Positions 36,475 to 51,865 of a stretch of 64,000 nucleotides of DNA are shown here, piece after piece. A program made the translations under genes and the position numbers. The notes under the pieces are model-generated. The model saw nothing but the letters and a program-made list of their open reading frames with translations, made no database searches and had not been told where the DNA came from. Source of the DNA: Novakomyces olei (lineage: Eukaryota). Positions within the stretch are counted from its first letter, which is position 1. The number at the start of each line of letters is the position of its first letter. The stretch lies in the NCBI GenBank assembly GCA_016906335.1, contig JADEYG010000003.1, forward strand, positions 1 through 64,000, given 5' to 3'.

Positions 36475-37793
36475 ATGACAGTAGGCGACAAGTCTGTTTT
36501 ATTTGAGCCGCTCAAGCTCGGCGCTATAACCCTCGGCCATCGGTAATTTTACAAATTATTTTGCACTTTTTTTCGTTTATTCCAAGTCAAACGGCCCACC
36601 TTTTTCGCTGCGGTACATTGGACAAAACTAACACGGATTGCAGGATTTACATGCTTCCGCTCACACGCAATCGTGGCGATGTAGGCGACGGCGACCGCCA
36701 CTTTGTGCCGTCCAAGAACCAAGTGGAGTACTATGGCCAGCGCGCGAGTAAAGGCGGCCTCCTTATTTCCGAGGCGACGCCGATCAGCGACACTGCGTGC
36801 GGGTACAATAATGTGCCGGGAATCTGGAGCCCTCAGCAGGTAGAGGGCTGGAAAAAAGTAACGGACGCGGTACACGCAAAGGGCGGGTTTATGGTCTGCC
36901 AGCTGTGGCACGTGGGCCGTGCCACAATGTCGGCTCTTTTGGCGGGGAACGCGGATCCGGTTTCGTCGTCGAGCGTCCCTATTTCCGGCGAGTGCTACTT
37001 GATGCCGGGCACACCGTGGTCAGCGAGCAAGCTGCACTCTCTCACACACGAGGAGATGAAGGAACTGCTTGGCACGTATGAACACGCAGCAAAAAACGCG
37101 ATTGCCGCTGGGTTTGACGGTGTCGAGATCCACGGGGCCAATGGGTACCTGTTGGACCAGTTTCTCAATGACAACATCAATGTCCGTACCGACGAGTTTG
37201 GCGGCAGTGTGGAGAACCGCGCCCGCTTTCCCCTTCAAGTCGTTGATGCCGTTGCCAGTGCTATCGGCAAGGAGCGTGTAGGCATTCGCATGAGCCCGTT
37301 TGGAGTGTTCCAGGATACGCTGGACAGCGATCGCTACGCCACTTGGGGCTATATGGCCAAACAGCTGGGCCAACGCGGTCTGGCTTTTGTGGACTGGCTC
37401 GATCCCCGTTTTGACGAGTTTATCAGCGACAAGGAGATGCGTGAAAAATTTGAGGCTTCGCTTAAAGGGCACAAGATGTCGTTGAAGCCGTTCCGTGAGG
37501 CGCAGGGCAAGGAGGTGCCCTTCTTGGCCGGTGGCGGATACACTGAGAAAACTTGTCTAGAGCCCGTAGCCAGCGGTGAAGTGGACGCTGTGGGGTTCGG
37601 CCGGTGGTTCATTGCCAACCCAGACTTGCCCTACCGCGTCAAGAACAATATTCCTTTTGCAAAGTACGACCGTACCACTTTCTACGGTCCTTTGCCTGAC
37701 CAGTCCAAGGGCTACACGGACTACCCTTTCTGGGCCGATGAGAAGAAGACTGCCTCCAGTGACAAGGAGACTGGTGTTGAGGTCTCGTCATAG
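36475..37793 (+). CDS. hxnT: Old yellow enzyme / NADH:flavin oxidoreductase
   Basis: PLTRNR, QLWHVGR, EIHGANGYLLDQF and FGRWFIANPDL motifs; 1 intron after LGHR. Symbol from cluster context. Confidence 0.78.
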
Positions 37794-39520
37794 AGTAGAG
37801 TATATATACATATTTACATAAACGCATTTGTTGGGTTGATGGTCGATTCGCATGCTTCGTTCGTTAATTGAAAAAGTACTAAACTACACGAGTATACAGG
37901 CAAATGCTATAGTATCGCTCATTCGCCGTCCTTTCGCATCATTATAGACAACGTGTACACTCGTCTGCGATTTCTAAGCCTCTTCTCCTTGGCACCCGTT
38001 GTCTTTAGCTCCTGTAAGGATTGTATACTCTCCCACATTCCCGCTTGCAACAGCGGCCACAAGACTCCGCATGCCGGTTTCATAGCAACAGCTTTCATGC
38101 TTTAATTATTTTAGTCGGTGTGACAAAAATATTGGACACAGCATCGAGTGTTGTCGGTATTGTTTTCCTCTTAGACCTCGCAGCCTTGTACTGCTACGAT
38201 CAAACTGTTGGAAAAAGATACAATTTACAAACATTTTGAGCTGCAAAATTCGTCAATAATCATAATTTCGTTACATCTTCCCAACCAAGTCCGATTACCG
38301 CTCAGGCTTCAAATAACCTCACCGTTAAATGCTTTGCTTCGAGGTGGAGACTGGCATTTGAGAAAGAATTGCTACTTTGCTTATTGACGTATTAGTCCTA
38401 ACCTGTATCGTACGTATCATCCATTAGAATATATCTAAAAAGGCATATCTTTTGGTTAAATTCGCGATATATAAATGTACCTACGTGCAATGGATCTGCA
38501 CATACTAACTATTATTTAAATGAAATTAGCAAATACGATAAGCTTTAAGAGAAACCATTAGGATTACTAATTACTCTTGAGCATTGGAAATATATATATA
38601 TAAGCAATCTTATTCTAAAACAGGCTTATCAGTGGTGCGTCAAATTTATTGTCTATACAAGTTTGCCTTTTGTTGAAATTGTTTGTCATGTAACTCAACA
38701 TTTCTCAACTCTGAACAAACACGTTTTTGCGAATGTATACACGATCTACTCGGTGCCTATTTTTGTACCAAGTTTTACGAAATTTCACGAGCTGATTGTT
38801 GAAAATGAATTGTTGTTCAAGGCCATAGCTTTGTTCTCAGATATCTGTGACAATTCTACGTTTTCCGAGAGATTAGTCGAAAAGTACTGAGAACAGGGTA
38901 AGCGGTCGCCCAGAGAGTCACAAATTTATTCAACAAATTGCTTTGAGCCCAGCTTATTCCACTGCTACAAGAGGCTTTCTAACAAAGGCTCAAAGTTTGG
39001 GCAGAAGGCAATTTGGAAGAATTTTGATCGGGAGATACGCATCGTTTATGGAATCGCGGGGAATAGCTGAATTGGATTGACGTAGCATTCATTTACAGGT
39101 ACCGAGGCGCCGCTCACTGTACTTGAGTACTGTCCTTTCTAATGCTTCGAGTAGAGCATTTGACTAGTTTTTGTGCTGATTTCTTCTAGGATTTATAGGC
39201 TTAGGGTCTGCTTGGTTTTCACATTGGTCGACTTACGGTAGGGCATTTAGGACTTCTATTTTGTATTAGATTATATTTCAGAATTAAATTAGGTTTGCTT
39301 GCATCTTCAAAACGCGCGACACTAGATACTCTATCACAATAGCAATAGAAATATTGCATAATGGCTGCTCAAGCGTTGGATGATAAGTAAGGCGCTAATC
39401 GTAAGTCCTTATGCATTGTTAACGGGCGACAATGATACATCAGACCAGAATTTTCCCTAAATTCTGCACATACAAATATACAGAGTCAATTAACTAAGCG
39501 CCTTTTATCAAGCACAATGC

Positions 39521-41682
39521 TTAAACCTGAACTCCGGAGAGCGTGCGCTGATTGCTTACAACAAAGTCGTTCTTTTCGTCATCCAGGCCATCATGCAATT
39601 TGATATCGTCTTCCGCCCTCTCTTCGGGGTCCGAATAAATAACTTGCAGTTTTAGGGTTCTCTTATCATGCCACCAGACTACCCCAATCCATACGGCCAA
39701 GCAAATGCTTACAACAATCATCGTTATTGTTCCTTTACGGAATCCCTTTATTGTAAGCCATTAAATCAAATTCAACCTGACATACAGTAGCTGCATCCGT
39801 AGCAGGGTAAAGGGCAACTCCCCAAAATGCGTAGAGAACCGAAGAAGCGCCTTTAGCAGTTAGAAGTGTAATATTGGCGAAAAATTAAATTTAATTCCTA
39901 ACCGTTCATTGAATAAAGTGTGACAGCCCGTGCTGCATCATCGCCGGACCGGGACAAAATATGGCTCGCCCATGTGAATACAACAGGCTGAATTAAGTAT
40001 GCGGTTCCCGCTAAATCTGGAGGCTCAGTAACTTATCTTCAGCTTTTTGTCTACTTACAGTAAGCAGCCATTATTCCATGGCTACCGACTGAGTTCCAGC
40101 ATAGGAGTACAATACTTGCAACGATCTGCACCATGCAAGCAAAGAGACCGTAAGGACTAATAAAGCCAGTAGCATCTATTGCAACCGAACTACAGAGAGT
40201 CACCACGATACCTTTTTATGTTAGTCTTTAGCCAATACAGAGACTAAAAAAGAAAGACAAATGGTGTAAAGAACCAAAAGAAAATCTAACCAATAGCAGT
40301 GATTCCAAGAGGGTAAGTGTTGTTTTCCGGAACAGAAAACAGCCCTGAAGCTCGCATCCATAGCACCATGCATGTCTGCGTAGAATAGGCCTCTAAAGCA
40401 CCACCAAGCATCCAAAAAATGTTGAAAATCCAGCTGAAAGTTTAGCGATCTGTTAAAAAGAAAAAGCATTACAAATTCGGGGTGAACAAAACACGCTTTA
40501 TAAGCGAAAATCCAATGTTATGTCCATCAGACTGCTTAGGAGGTAAGCGCTTAAGTGCGAGTTCTTTCTCTTGCGGCTTAAGATAGAACGCTTTTGTTGT
40601 TTCGGGAAGATCTGGGAAGAATACAAAACCAAAAATAGCTACAGGAATAGTGATTATTCCATCAATGAAAAATGACTGTTTGTTAGAATATTTTTCTGAT
40701 ATATCATTTTTTAATCTCGTTTTCTCATCATTTCTTTTTGGTTTGTTTATTCTGTTTCCTTTTTATGAAAGCCACATACCCATCTCCAACCAGGCAAGCC
40801 GTTTACACCATCCATTGTTTTCCAAATGGCCGTCATCATAATTCCTGAATTTAGCAATTGTATAGCAATCTGTTTCTATTACCAGCAAACATTGTGCCCA
40901 CCATACCCGATGCTTGGAAAAGGCCAATTCGCTTTCCAGCCTCCGAGCCTTTGTACCAGCTTCCAATGATATACTGAGTTCCACTATAAGTCGAAGCCTC
41001 GGCAATTCCTTGCAAGAACCTAACTGCGGCCAAGCTGGAAAACGAATGACATCCACCACAAGCCATCGTTAATCCAGACCAGACGAGGGTCATCAATGGA
41101 AACCAATACCGAGGAGGCACTTTCTGAATAATTATGGCATGAGGTGCTTGGCCCACAATGTCTGTCATGTGAGCAAATGCTTACGAGAGCAATAACATGA
41201 TATCAAATGCAGAGGCGAGTTAATAAAGAACAAAAAGTAGACCCAAATGTCCGGTAGAAATTTTAATTAGAGCAAAACAAATAAAGAACTTACATCCGAC
41301 TGAAAGGCACGTGACAAGTAGATTATACTCATTGCCAGTGAGGTTAATACTTTCTCGCATGCCTGAAACATAAGCATTTGCGAGAACCGCACGGTCTGAA
41401 ATATTAGTCTCATATAATTTATACATACGACCATTACCTAAATAATTGAAAAAGAAGGCAACACAGCAATAAGTCTGTGCTGTTAGTGAAATTGATCTCG
41501 CTTGTGTTTATACCAAGATGAAAAAGTCAATTTTTTGAAGAAGCTAATATGTCAGCATAAATTTGAGATTAATAGATTTCAGTCCATTATCTGGAGCTAA
41601 TATAACATACTCTGCGTTCCTCCTCAGTATCTGGTGCTTCTCCCCAAATCGCAGTGCGCAATTTGTGTAATCTTGCGCCCAT
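39521..41682 (-). CDS. MFS anion:cation symporter (pantothenate/allantoate permease family), highly spliced
   Basis: KIDFFIL, DRAVLANAYVSGMRE, RFLQGIAEA, GSWYKGSEAGKR, FIDGIITIP and FPDLPE motifs. Confidence 0.82.
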
Positions 41683-42294
41683 GATCAATTATCTTGATTT
41701 GACAGGAAAGTCAATATAGCAAATGGATAAATTCCAACACTAGATCAGACCCTAATGACCACCAGATGGCTCTTAGATAAAACCAAACTTCAGTAGGCGC
41801 GAAGGAACATAAAATTGTGATGCGATAATCAGGAGCGAGATCTTGCGCTTTTGAATTAACTTATCTCTCATAATTCAGCGCTTGACCCCACATGGTCAGG
41901 CGACTGATATATTACTAAACCGATTATGAGTTTCATTTGCGGGTTATCCGATCAGACGGAACGTTATGATTACTAGATCGAGAAAAGAGCTGCAAAAATT
42001 TTGTAATTAAATGGTGATATATCGGGTTATCCGATCGAGCTCTAGAGGTCTATTCAAAAAAACTATCGACACACTTTAGCGAAAATGCCGTGTGCCTTTC
42101 CCAGTAGAGCTCGCTTCAGACCCCGAGTTTTGTCCCATCTTAGGCAATCACTCTCTTTACTACTTTGTCAATATAGCTGATAGGGTTTAAATGCTTACGT
42201 TTATTTACACATACGCTCTACCTGTAGCTTTCTTTCTTTTTTTTATCGAGTGGCTAACAAGAATTCAATTGTGAAACAGAGCATTTGCTTGAAG

Positions 42295-43567
42295 ATGCCT
42301 GCATGTGCTATTTTACGTGACCGGACTGCCATTGACCTCGCAGGCCTACAGACAGAGCAGTCTAACGCAAACACTTCGAATATTGACGAGCAGTCAACTC
42401 TTCAATTGTGTAGTACGGTTCTTAATTTCCTAAATGTATTACTAACAGCAACAGAAACGATAAATGAGGAGGATACCACTGTAGCGGCTGCCGTTAAGAT
42501 GTGCTTGCCTCAAATAGCATCAGCTGTGGATATCATTGTTCCACGTATTTTGTCCGGAGGCCGGGTTATATATATAGGAGCTGGTACTAGCGGCAGGTAA
42601 GTTTAAATTTCTTTCCAGTTGCTAATTACAGGCTTGGAATTTTGGACGCTTCAGAAATGTAAACTTATTTTGCTTTTAGCTATATAATTTTTTAGTTTGT
42701 GTATCGGAAGCAAGCTCTAACCAACCTACAGTCCCCCTACTTTTTCTGCACCCCCATCTCAATTTGTGGGTCTAATTGCTGGTGGAGATCATGCTATTCG
42801 AAACGCTGTTGAAGGAGCCGAAGACTCGCAGGAAGCAGCCGTTTCTGATCTGGCTTCTATGGATGTTTGCAGACACGATGTGCTTGTCGGAATCGCATCT
42901 TCTGGGCGTACCCCTTACGTTATTGGCGGCCTGAAATATGCACAATCTATTAGAGCTGCTACAATTGGCCTGGCCTGTGTTAAGCCTAGTGCGCTTTCGA
43001 AGTTTTCCGACATTGTTATAGAGTGTGTTACTGGCCCGGAGGTAGTAACGGGTAGCACTCGCCTCAAAGCTGGGACTGCCACCAAAATGGTAATTATCGC
43101 TTCAGCGCAATATTTTTGAGATGTTCTTCTTTTCTTTTACTGATACCATTAACTGTGCTAATCTTCAGATACTAAATATGATATCGACTGCGTCTCAAAT
43201 TCGTGTTGGAAAAACCTACGGCAATTTGGTAAGTTCATATTATGATGCGAAAGTCCGAGTGAGAGCCTGATCCAGCCTAGTATTCAGGATTTACTTCTAT
43301 GTTTTAATGAATGAGAGCTTATTATAGATGGTGGATCTGAAAATGTCAAATGAAAAGCTGCGTCATAGAGCGAGACGTGTCGTCCGTGCAATCGTACCCG
43401 ACAATCTATGCAAAGACAGAGAAGTGGACGAAATCGTCGCTAAATGTGATGGCCAAGTTAAGCTCAGTATTATCGTGGCTAAACTAGGGTGTTCGCCAGA
43501 GGAGGGAAGAAAAGCACTCGAAGCGTGCTCCGGATCTCTTAGACATGCTCTTGCCTTGCATCAATAA
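42295..43567 (+). CDS. murQ: N-acetylmuramic acid 6-phosphate etherase (SIS/glucokinase-regulator family)
   Basis: LQTEQSN, GAGTSGRLGILDASE, IAGGDHA, SSGRTPYV, GPEVVTGSTRLKAGTATK, GKTYGNLMVD and SNEKL motifs; spliceosomal introns. Confidence 0.85.
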
Positions 43568-44082
43568 AAAGCATTTAGAACATTTATAGCTTTTATCTCG
43601 AGAATGCTGACTCCATATATAATTTTTCAATATGTATAGCGTTCCGGTATCTCCATAATCACTAGATCCAGAATACTACCCGACCAAGGAATGTCCCGAT
43701 AGTGGGCTCCAATAGGTTATTCGTGACCTGCGTTTGCGATTACTTGATGGGGTATTGGAAAAGGATACGAACTCGGTAGCGATAATATCCGAAAATTGAC
43801 GGAACAGTCCATCGTCGGATAACCCGATACTACACAAGCCGAATGCTACAATCTTAAAAGTGAAAAAAAAAAAATGTAGGGCCACACTGACGTTTTGACA
43901 GCTCTTATCTTTTTGTTTTTAATTTGCGCTTAATGCAAGCTTTCTTTTTTAATTTTGACACCCTCTGATGGCCCTGGATTGACGAGTTGTACGCGAAATT
44001 ATTCGTTTAAATTACCGGTTTGCGCTACCAAATTGACTCTGATGCATCTCTCTCAAATCTGACTGTACTGAGTGCGCTGAGC

Positions 44083-45555
44083 ATGGTCACGTTAAATGTT
44101 TTGGGTTTAAATGGGGGAACAAGCGTTGACGGTAAGCTTTGGTTTGTCCCGTTTTTTTCTTGCCACAAGACACATCGCTAATCTTTCTAGGGGTTGACGT
44201 CGCTCATTGTCGCATTTCATCTGTTGCCAATTCTAACGATGTAAGCGTCGAGCTCGTATCTTACTCTGAAGTGGATATCAGTCCGGAATTGCGATCCCAG
44301 GTACTTCGCTTATGTAATCCTGCACAAGAGGGTGGTCAGACTACAATGGCCGAGGTTTGCGATCTAAATTTTGCACTTGGGAGAGAATTTGCTCGTGCAG
44401 TTAAAGAATCAGGAGTTGATTTAGACCAAATCGACCTTGTTGCTAGTCACGGGCAAACTTTGTGGCATCAGCCAGTTGGTGAAACTCGTTCTACATTACA
44501 GATGGCTGAGCCAGCTGTGATTGCTCAAAAGACAAAAAAGTAGGGCGAAAATTTTACGAATGTCTACTAAATAAAGAACGGTAGTTAGCGGATTTCGTGT
44601 AGCCGAATTAGCTGCGGGGCGACAGGGGGCACCATTATCAGGATTTTTCGAAGCTGCGCTTTTATTAGATCCAAATGTTACCAGAATCGGCCAAAACATT
44701 GGAGGTATTGGTATGTGCAAATTGGAGAACGATTCAGTTTCCGATTCCTCATTTTAATCTTTTTTAATATCTGTGCTAACAGCTTTAGGTAATGCCTCTG
44801 TAATACCCTCGGAGAAATCGATAAAATTGAACGGTCTTTGCGCGAGCTACTTTGCTTTTGATACCGGACCTGGAAATGTATTTATAGACGCCTCTATGCG
44901 TCTTTTAGTCGGAAAACATTTTGACAAAGACGGAGCATTTGGAGCAGAAGGCGAGGCTGAAATTGACCAAGATCTGGTGAATGAGTACCTGGAAGCAGAA
45001 CCTTATTTCCTGCTGAAACCTCCAAAGACAACGGGCCGTGAGCTTTTCTCTGACGACGTTGCGCGTTCTTTAGTTGCGCGAATGAAGTCAACTGGAAAAT
45101 CTACGGCTGCTATAATAGCTACAATTACGCGTATAACCTCAGAATCAATTGCAAGGGCTTATGAACAGTTTGTCGTGCCACAGCTAGGCCCCAACGGCGC
45201 TATCGACGAAATATACATCTGTGGAGGGGGAGCCTATAATCCTAATATTTTGAAGCATTTACAGAAACGATTTCCAGACAGCAAGGTCCTCAAACTTGAT
45301 CAAGCTCCAAACAGCCTTGAGCCAAGTGCAAAAGAGGCGGTTTTGTTTGCTGTTCTGGGATTTTTATGCATATGTGGCCGTACTGTGCCTTTAGCCGCTG
45401 GGTCAGAAAGTACTGAACCGGCTGTGTTGGGCGTTGTTACACCGGCAGAAAACTATCGGAAAATGATGCAAGCCGTGGTTGAAGACGACGATGAGTTTTC
45501 CAGAAAAGGTGTACTGGGGCGCATTATAATGGAACAGAATAAAATGAGAACATGA
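44083..45555 (+). CDS. anmK: Anhydro-N-acetylmuramic acid kinase family (AnmK/levoglucosan kinase)
   Basis: [56 protein letters not shown] and AKEA motifs; 3 introns. Confidence 0.85.
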
Positions 45556-46367
45556 GTACAGAAAAGTACGATATTCCAGTAATCTATGAAAGAAATCAAG
45601 TTTTTATAGTTTTTGAACAGTGACAAACTCAATTTCAATGTCAGGATTATTTATTTTTACAGCGCCCATTAAGCTTACAAATCGTTAGAAAACTTGCTCG
45701 CCGAAATGGAATTGGAAAGCGTCTAGTAATGACAAATCTTCAGCTTAATCAATTTCAATGAAGGTAAATCGCGAAATTCTGTCGGTTTATGTAAGTATGT
45801 TTAAAAACTCACAATCCCGGCCAATAGAAGTCACTGATACTTGACGTAGTATTAATCAATTAAATACCTTCGCAGTATGAATTATGCAGACTACTCGTTG
45901 CTTTGGAGTATTTTTAACATCGAGCGCCGTTAGCAGGTGATTCAATAATCGCTCGCGGAGTTAGAAGACTGGAGTTGCGATAGTAATAATTTTAATTTTA
46001 TACTAATTTGCCTGGCTCTAGTAACAGGATTCATATACACACTTTAGAAAGCAAAGAATGGGGGCAATCATAAGGGAGATTGCAAGGCAAAGCGAGACTC
46101 CGTTGTCAAAAGTACGCTTTTACCCTTTTAGGCAAAAAGAAGAAATGCTTATTTGCGTAACACATAAGATTTCTCACGAAGCTTGCAGGCATAAAATATT
46201 GCTATGACAATTATATGTAAAGCATACATACAATTAGGGTTAATAAGGCCATTCGATGTTAAAACAATTTAAGCTTGCTCAACCATTTGAAGGTCTCTTT
46301 CATAAATTTTTGAAATGTTAATAATTAGAATGTAAATTTTGAACTGCTAATTATCGTTCAGAATAAA

Positions 46368-46745
46368 TCATATTTTGAGTGCCTCTTCAATTGCGGAATT
46401 TCCTGCTGCGATAACGGTGAGGGCTTCTTTTCGGACCGCGTCACCAACATCGTCAGGATCGGCTTGACTCTATTCCACGCGTCAGTCTGGAAATAAATAG
46501 CAGTTTACCAGTGTATTTTCTAGCAGACCAAAAGATGCGCGTAATCGATTAATTGTGTCAGGCACAGCCTTTTCATGATCGTGCAAAACATCGATTTGGT
46601 GATTCACTTCGTGTTCGTCTTCCCCAGCTTCCCTTCGACTTTGCACGCGCTCGCGCGCAGCTTCGATATCTCGTAAAGTCACATGCAGATCCTTTGTGAG
46701 TCGGCGCACGCTGCCTGTTTGTATCTGCAACTCACGCAACGACAT
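46368..46745 (-). CDS. Tubulin-binding cofactor A (Rbl2/Alp31), 1 intron
   Basis: LRELQIQTGSVRRLTKD ... VPDTINRL pattern; second exon SQADPD...ALKI*. Confidence 0.75.
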
Positions 46746-47296
46746 TGTAAATTGTCATATAAAACGATGGAGAATATGAACATCGAACTTTTCGTGTTTA
46801 TTAAGAGCTTACTTTAAAACAGTTATATTAAAGATTAGACGCGATTCGACGCAATTATTAAAATGTCTTGTAATTTATTGTAGCATATTTACATTAGGCG
46901 AAAATATGTTTTGATATCGCAGACGAAATAAATATTTGACTAACCCTAACTAACCCTAGATCCGTTGAATTCTAATTGAATAAGACTTCTAATTGATTTC
47001 TTGGGCTCCCTACAAGCTCTAGTTGGAATTTTCGAAAACAAATTTAGGCCTTTATTTGAGGACGAGGGCTCAGTCAATAAAAAAAAGGAGCAATCAAAAG
47101 TAAATTATAGTCTTGCATAAAATTGCGTAATCGAGAGAATTGGACAGTACTTTACTTCGATAATTATCAAATACTAGACACTCAAATTATTGCAATATCA
47201 AATCAAGTTCACATTTTATTCGTATCTCTTTCTGTTCCCTCAGCTGCCTATTAAACCTTCGGCATACGCATTATACCCTTCTTCATTAGAAAAATC

Positions 47297-48235
47297 TCAT
47301 ACTAAAGTACTCGCACTGGAAAGATTAATACCGCGGGTACCCATTTTTCTGTCTCTAATTCTGGTCCAAACATCAACAATCTCCTGTCTTTCTTCGCGAG
47401 AAAGTTCGAATTTCAAGTCTGTAACGATTTTGATACCTTCGTCGCTAAAGACAAAATTCTGTCTGGTCTCTTGGTTACCATCTTCCCGGACATCACCAGC
47501 CTTGATGCTATTGGCCTTGGCACTTTTCTTCTCTATATTTGCTCCCTTGGAATTGCCCTTCTCTTTTGCAGTTGTCGCAACGACCCAGTAGCTTGGATAT
47601 CGTCTTTGAATATTATTGACTAATAGGGAAACACCGAGCATCAGGATAGAGGATAGCATAACAACTGGAATATAATACCACCCGAGATCGGTTACATCAT
47701 CTTGAGTGGCAGCAATTAGTGCCGTTCCTCCCGCCGGAGGATGAATACATTGCGTAACAGCCATTATGACGTTTGCCGTAGAGCAAGACAAAGCTCCTAC
47801 GAGCCAACGATGCTCTATAAATCGATGCTGATTTGTACGCCAGAGCTTTGTTATAATTACTCCCGTAATTGATGATAACGTATGCCCCATGAAAACCGAC
47901 CGCGGTTGCGCAAATGGCACCTGTAACGTGCCAAATACCAAAACAGCGGAAGCCCCAAACGACCCAACTATCATTGGACCACCACGGCGTATGAAGTAGC
48001 TATCGTAACCAAAAACTGCTTCGATCGTAGCAACGCCGGCAAATGTGCCAATCCATAACCACAGCCAAACTAAAGCATCACAGACTGGTTTCTGCTGGGC
48101 CTTTCGATATCCAAGCCAGTAAGAAATTGGGTAAGGAATCCGATGCAGGAAACTTTCAGGAGTTATTCGGGAGATGTAGTCGTCGATATTGAAGTTTCCA
48201 GATATTTGCCGTTGTTCTTTATTTTGTCCGTCCAT
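47297..48235 (-). CDS. HPP-family membrane protein
   Basis: SFGASAVLVFG, PFAQPR, GH and IHPPAGGTA motifs. Confidence 0.85.
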   Translation of the reverse strand: MDGQNKEQRQISGNFNIDDYISRITPESFLHRIPYPISYWLGYRKAQQKPVCDALVWLWLWIGTFAGVATIEAVFGYDSYFIRRGGPMIVGSFGASAVLVFGTLQVPFAQPRSVFMGHTLSSITGVIITKLWRTNQHRFIEHRWLVGALSCSTANVIMAVTQCIHPPAGGTALIAATQDDVTDLGWYYIPVVMLSSILMLGVSLLVNNIQRRYPSYWVVATTAKEKGNSKGANIEKKSAKANSIKAGDVREDGNQETRQNFVFSDEGIKIVTDLKFELSREERQEIVDVWTRIRDRKMGTRGINLSSASTLV

Positions 48236-48713
48236 CAAACTACACCTGCATAGTATTTGTAACGCAAAAAGTTTTGGGAATAATGCGAACCGCAAAACGG
48301 ACGTGCAATCAATTCTTGTTTGTGACAGAGGCGCCCTGAAATCGCATTTAACGCAGCATAACGACCGCGGCGAATAGTAATAATAATCAAAAAAGCTTGA
48401 GACTTGGTTATATTGGTGTACCTTTTAAAATATATCTTTTCTTGTTCCTATCCTATAAGTACTTCGCTACTTAACTAACCTATCTTAACCATAACTAACC
48501 CTATATATTTCAAGCATGAATATTCAATTCCCCACATAAATAGAAGTCTGAAATGCCAAATATCGCGACGCTTATAATATAAACACATACTCTGAAACAT
48601 GGCGTTCAATAAAATGTTCAAACAATATATTAATACTCTGCATCCTGAAAATCCGCTTACTAGAGAACAAGTGCTAGCACGGATTTTCGGACTTTTACGG
48701 CGAAAAGCTCCAT

Positions 48714-50708
<1,995 letters not shown>

Positions 50709-51865
50709 ACTGGCAGTGCAATCAGAGCGTAAAAGCAAACTATTGAGCTCAAGTACTTCCTTCCTTCATTTATTAGCACCACAGATTCGCCATGATCGCG
50801 TCATTGATTGGATAATGCCACCAATTCCCCGCACTCTCAAGTACAAATAAAAAATGGAATTCCCAGTAACATTATCTGAAAGGTTGCGAAAAAAAAAGGG
50901 GGTAACTCTAGAAATATATCCTCACGGGCCCCGTCCATTTTCACAAGCAATGCCTGCAATGGACCTAGATGTAATCGTAATCCCGAATAGTATGCGGAGA
51001 ATAAGCATAATATCAAGCAGACATTCTACTAAGAATTAGACTCCTCTCCTGTTAAACATCCTACCTAGTCTTATAAAGCCCAAAGAGTAAATACGCCTCA
51101 AGGAAAATACACGATCCCGAATGTTTTAAAGCTGAATTAATGATTGCTAGTTCTTTGTTGTAATAGTAATCTACCTTTTGCGGCTCTTGATAGCGAGTCT
51201 GAAAATTGGCCTACAAATATGTGCAACAGGACTGAATCTTAAAGGCATTGGATTCATCAAAGGCGACAAAAACATAAACTACAGAGCTCTATTTTGCTGC
51301 AAATTATTATGTAAAGATAAGTAACTACATCAAACCCTGTGGAGAGCAGTCAAAACGCCCTTACGCCTATCTTCTCGCTAAACCATAATCCCAAAAAGGT
51401 CCGTGAACGCTTTTCACATAATTTTGACACTTCGCTTATCAAGCATTGCAAATATTTCGAGACCATGAATTACGCGAGATCAGGAACCCCAGAGATTATG
51501 GCCCAAAAAAATATAGTGGAGAAAAGCCCAGAGGAAGAGTAATCTTCTAAATCTAGAAGGATGCCACCGAATACTGTGATTATTCCTTAGTAGACGGGTC
51601 CATATCGCTCATACTAAAAAAATTTCCCAATTAATTTTACGCGTATCTTCATATCAATTTGCCGTTCAATACCCGATATGGAGGAGTACGCGAGCCAATC
51701 AAAAAGCACGAAGAACTGCCGGTGCATAGATAAGGGCTGAACGGAGATTTGGGAATGAAGTCATAGCCTGAAAACAGTCAGGGTTATCAATATGATAAAT
51801 TTCCGATATATACGGGGCAACGAACCTCAACTCGGCTGCTATAGCGAAAGCCATAGATCGACAAT

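Noticed and set aside
10598-37793. Secondary-metabolite biosynthetic cluster
   Set aside because: No PKS, NRPS, terpene synthase or other backbone enzyme; the gene set fits hxn catabolism.
37800-39500. Possible gene relic in the long intergenic gap
   Set aside because: Only short ORFs with no recognisable motifs.
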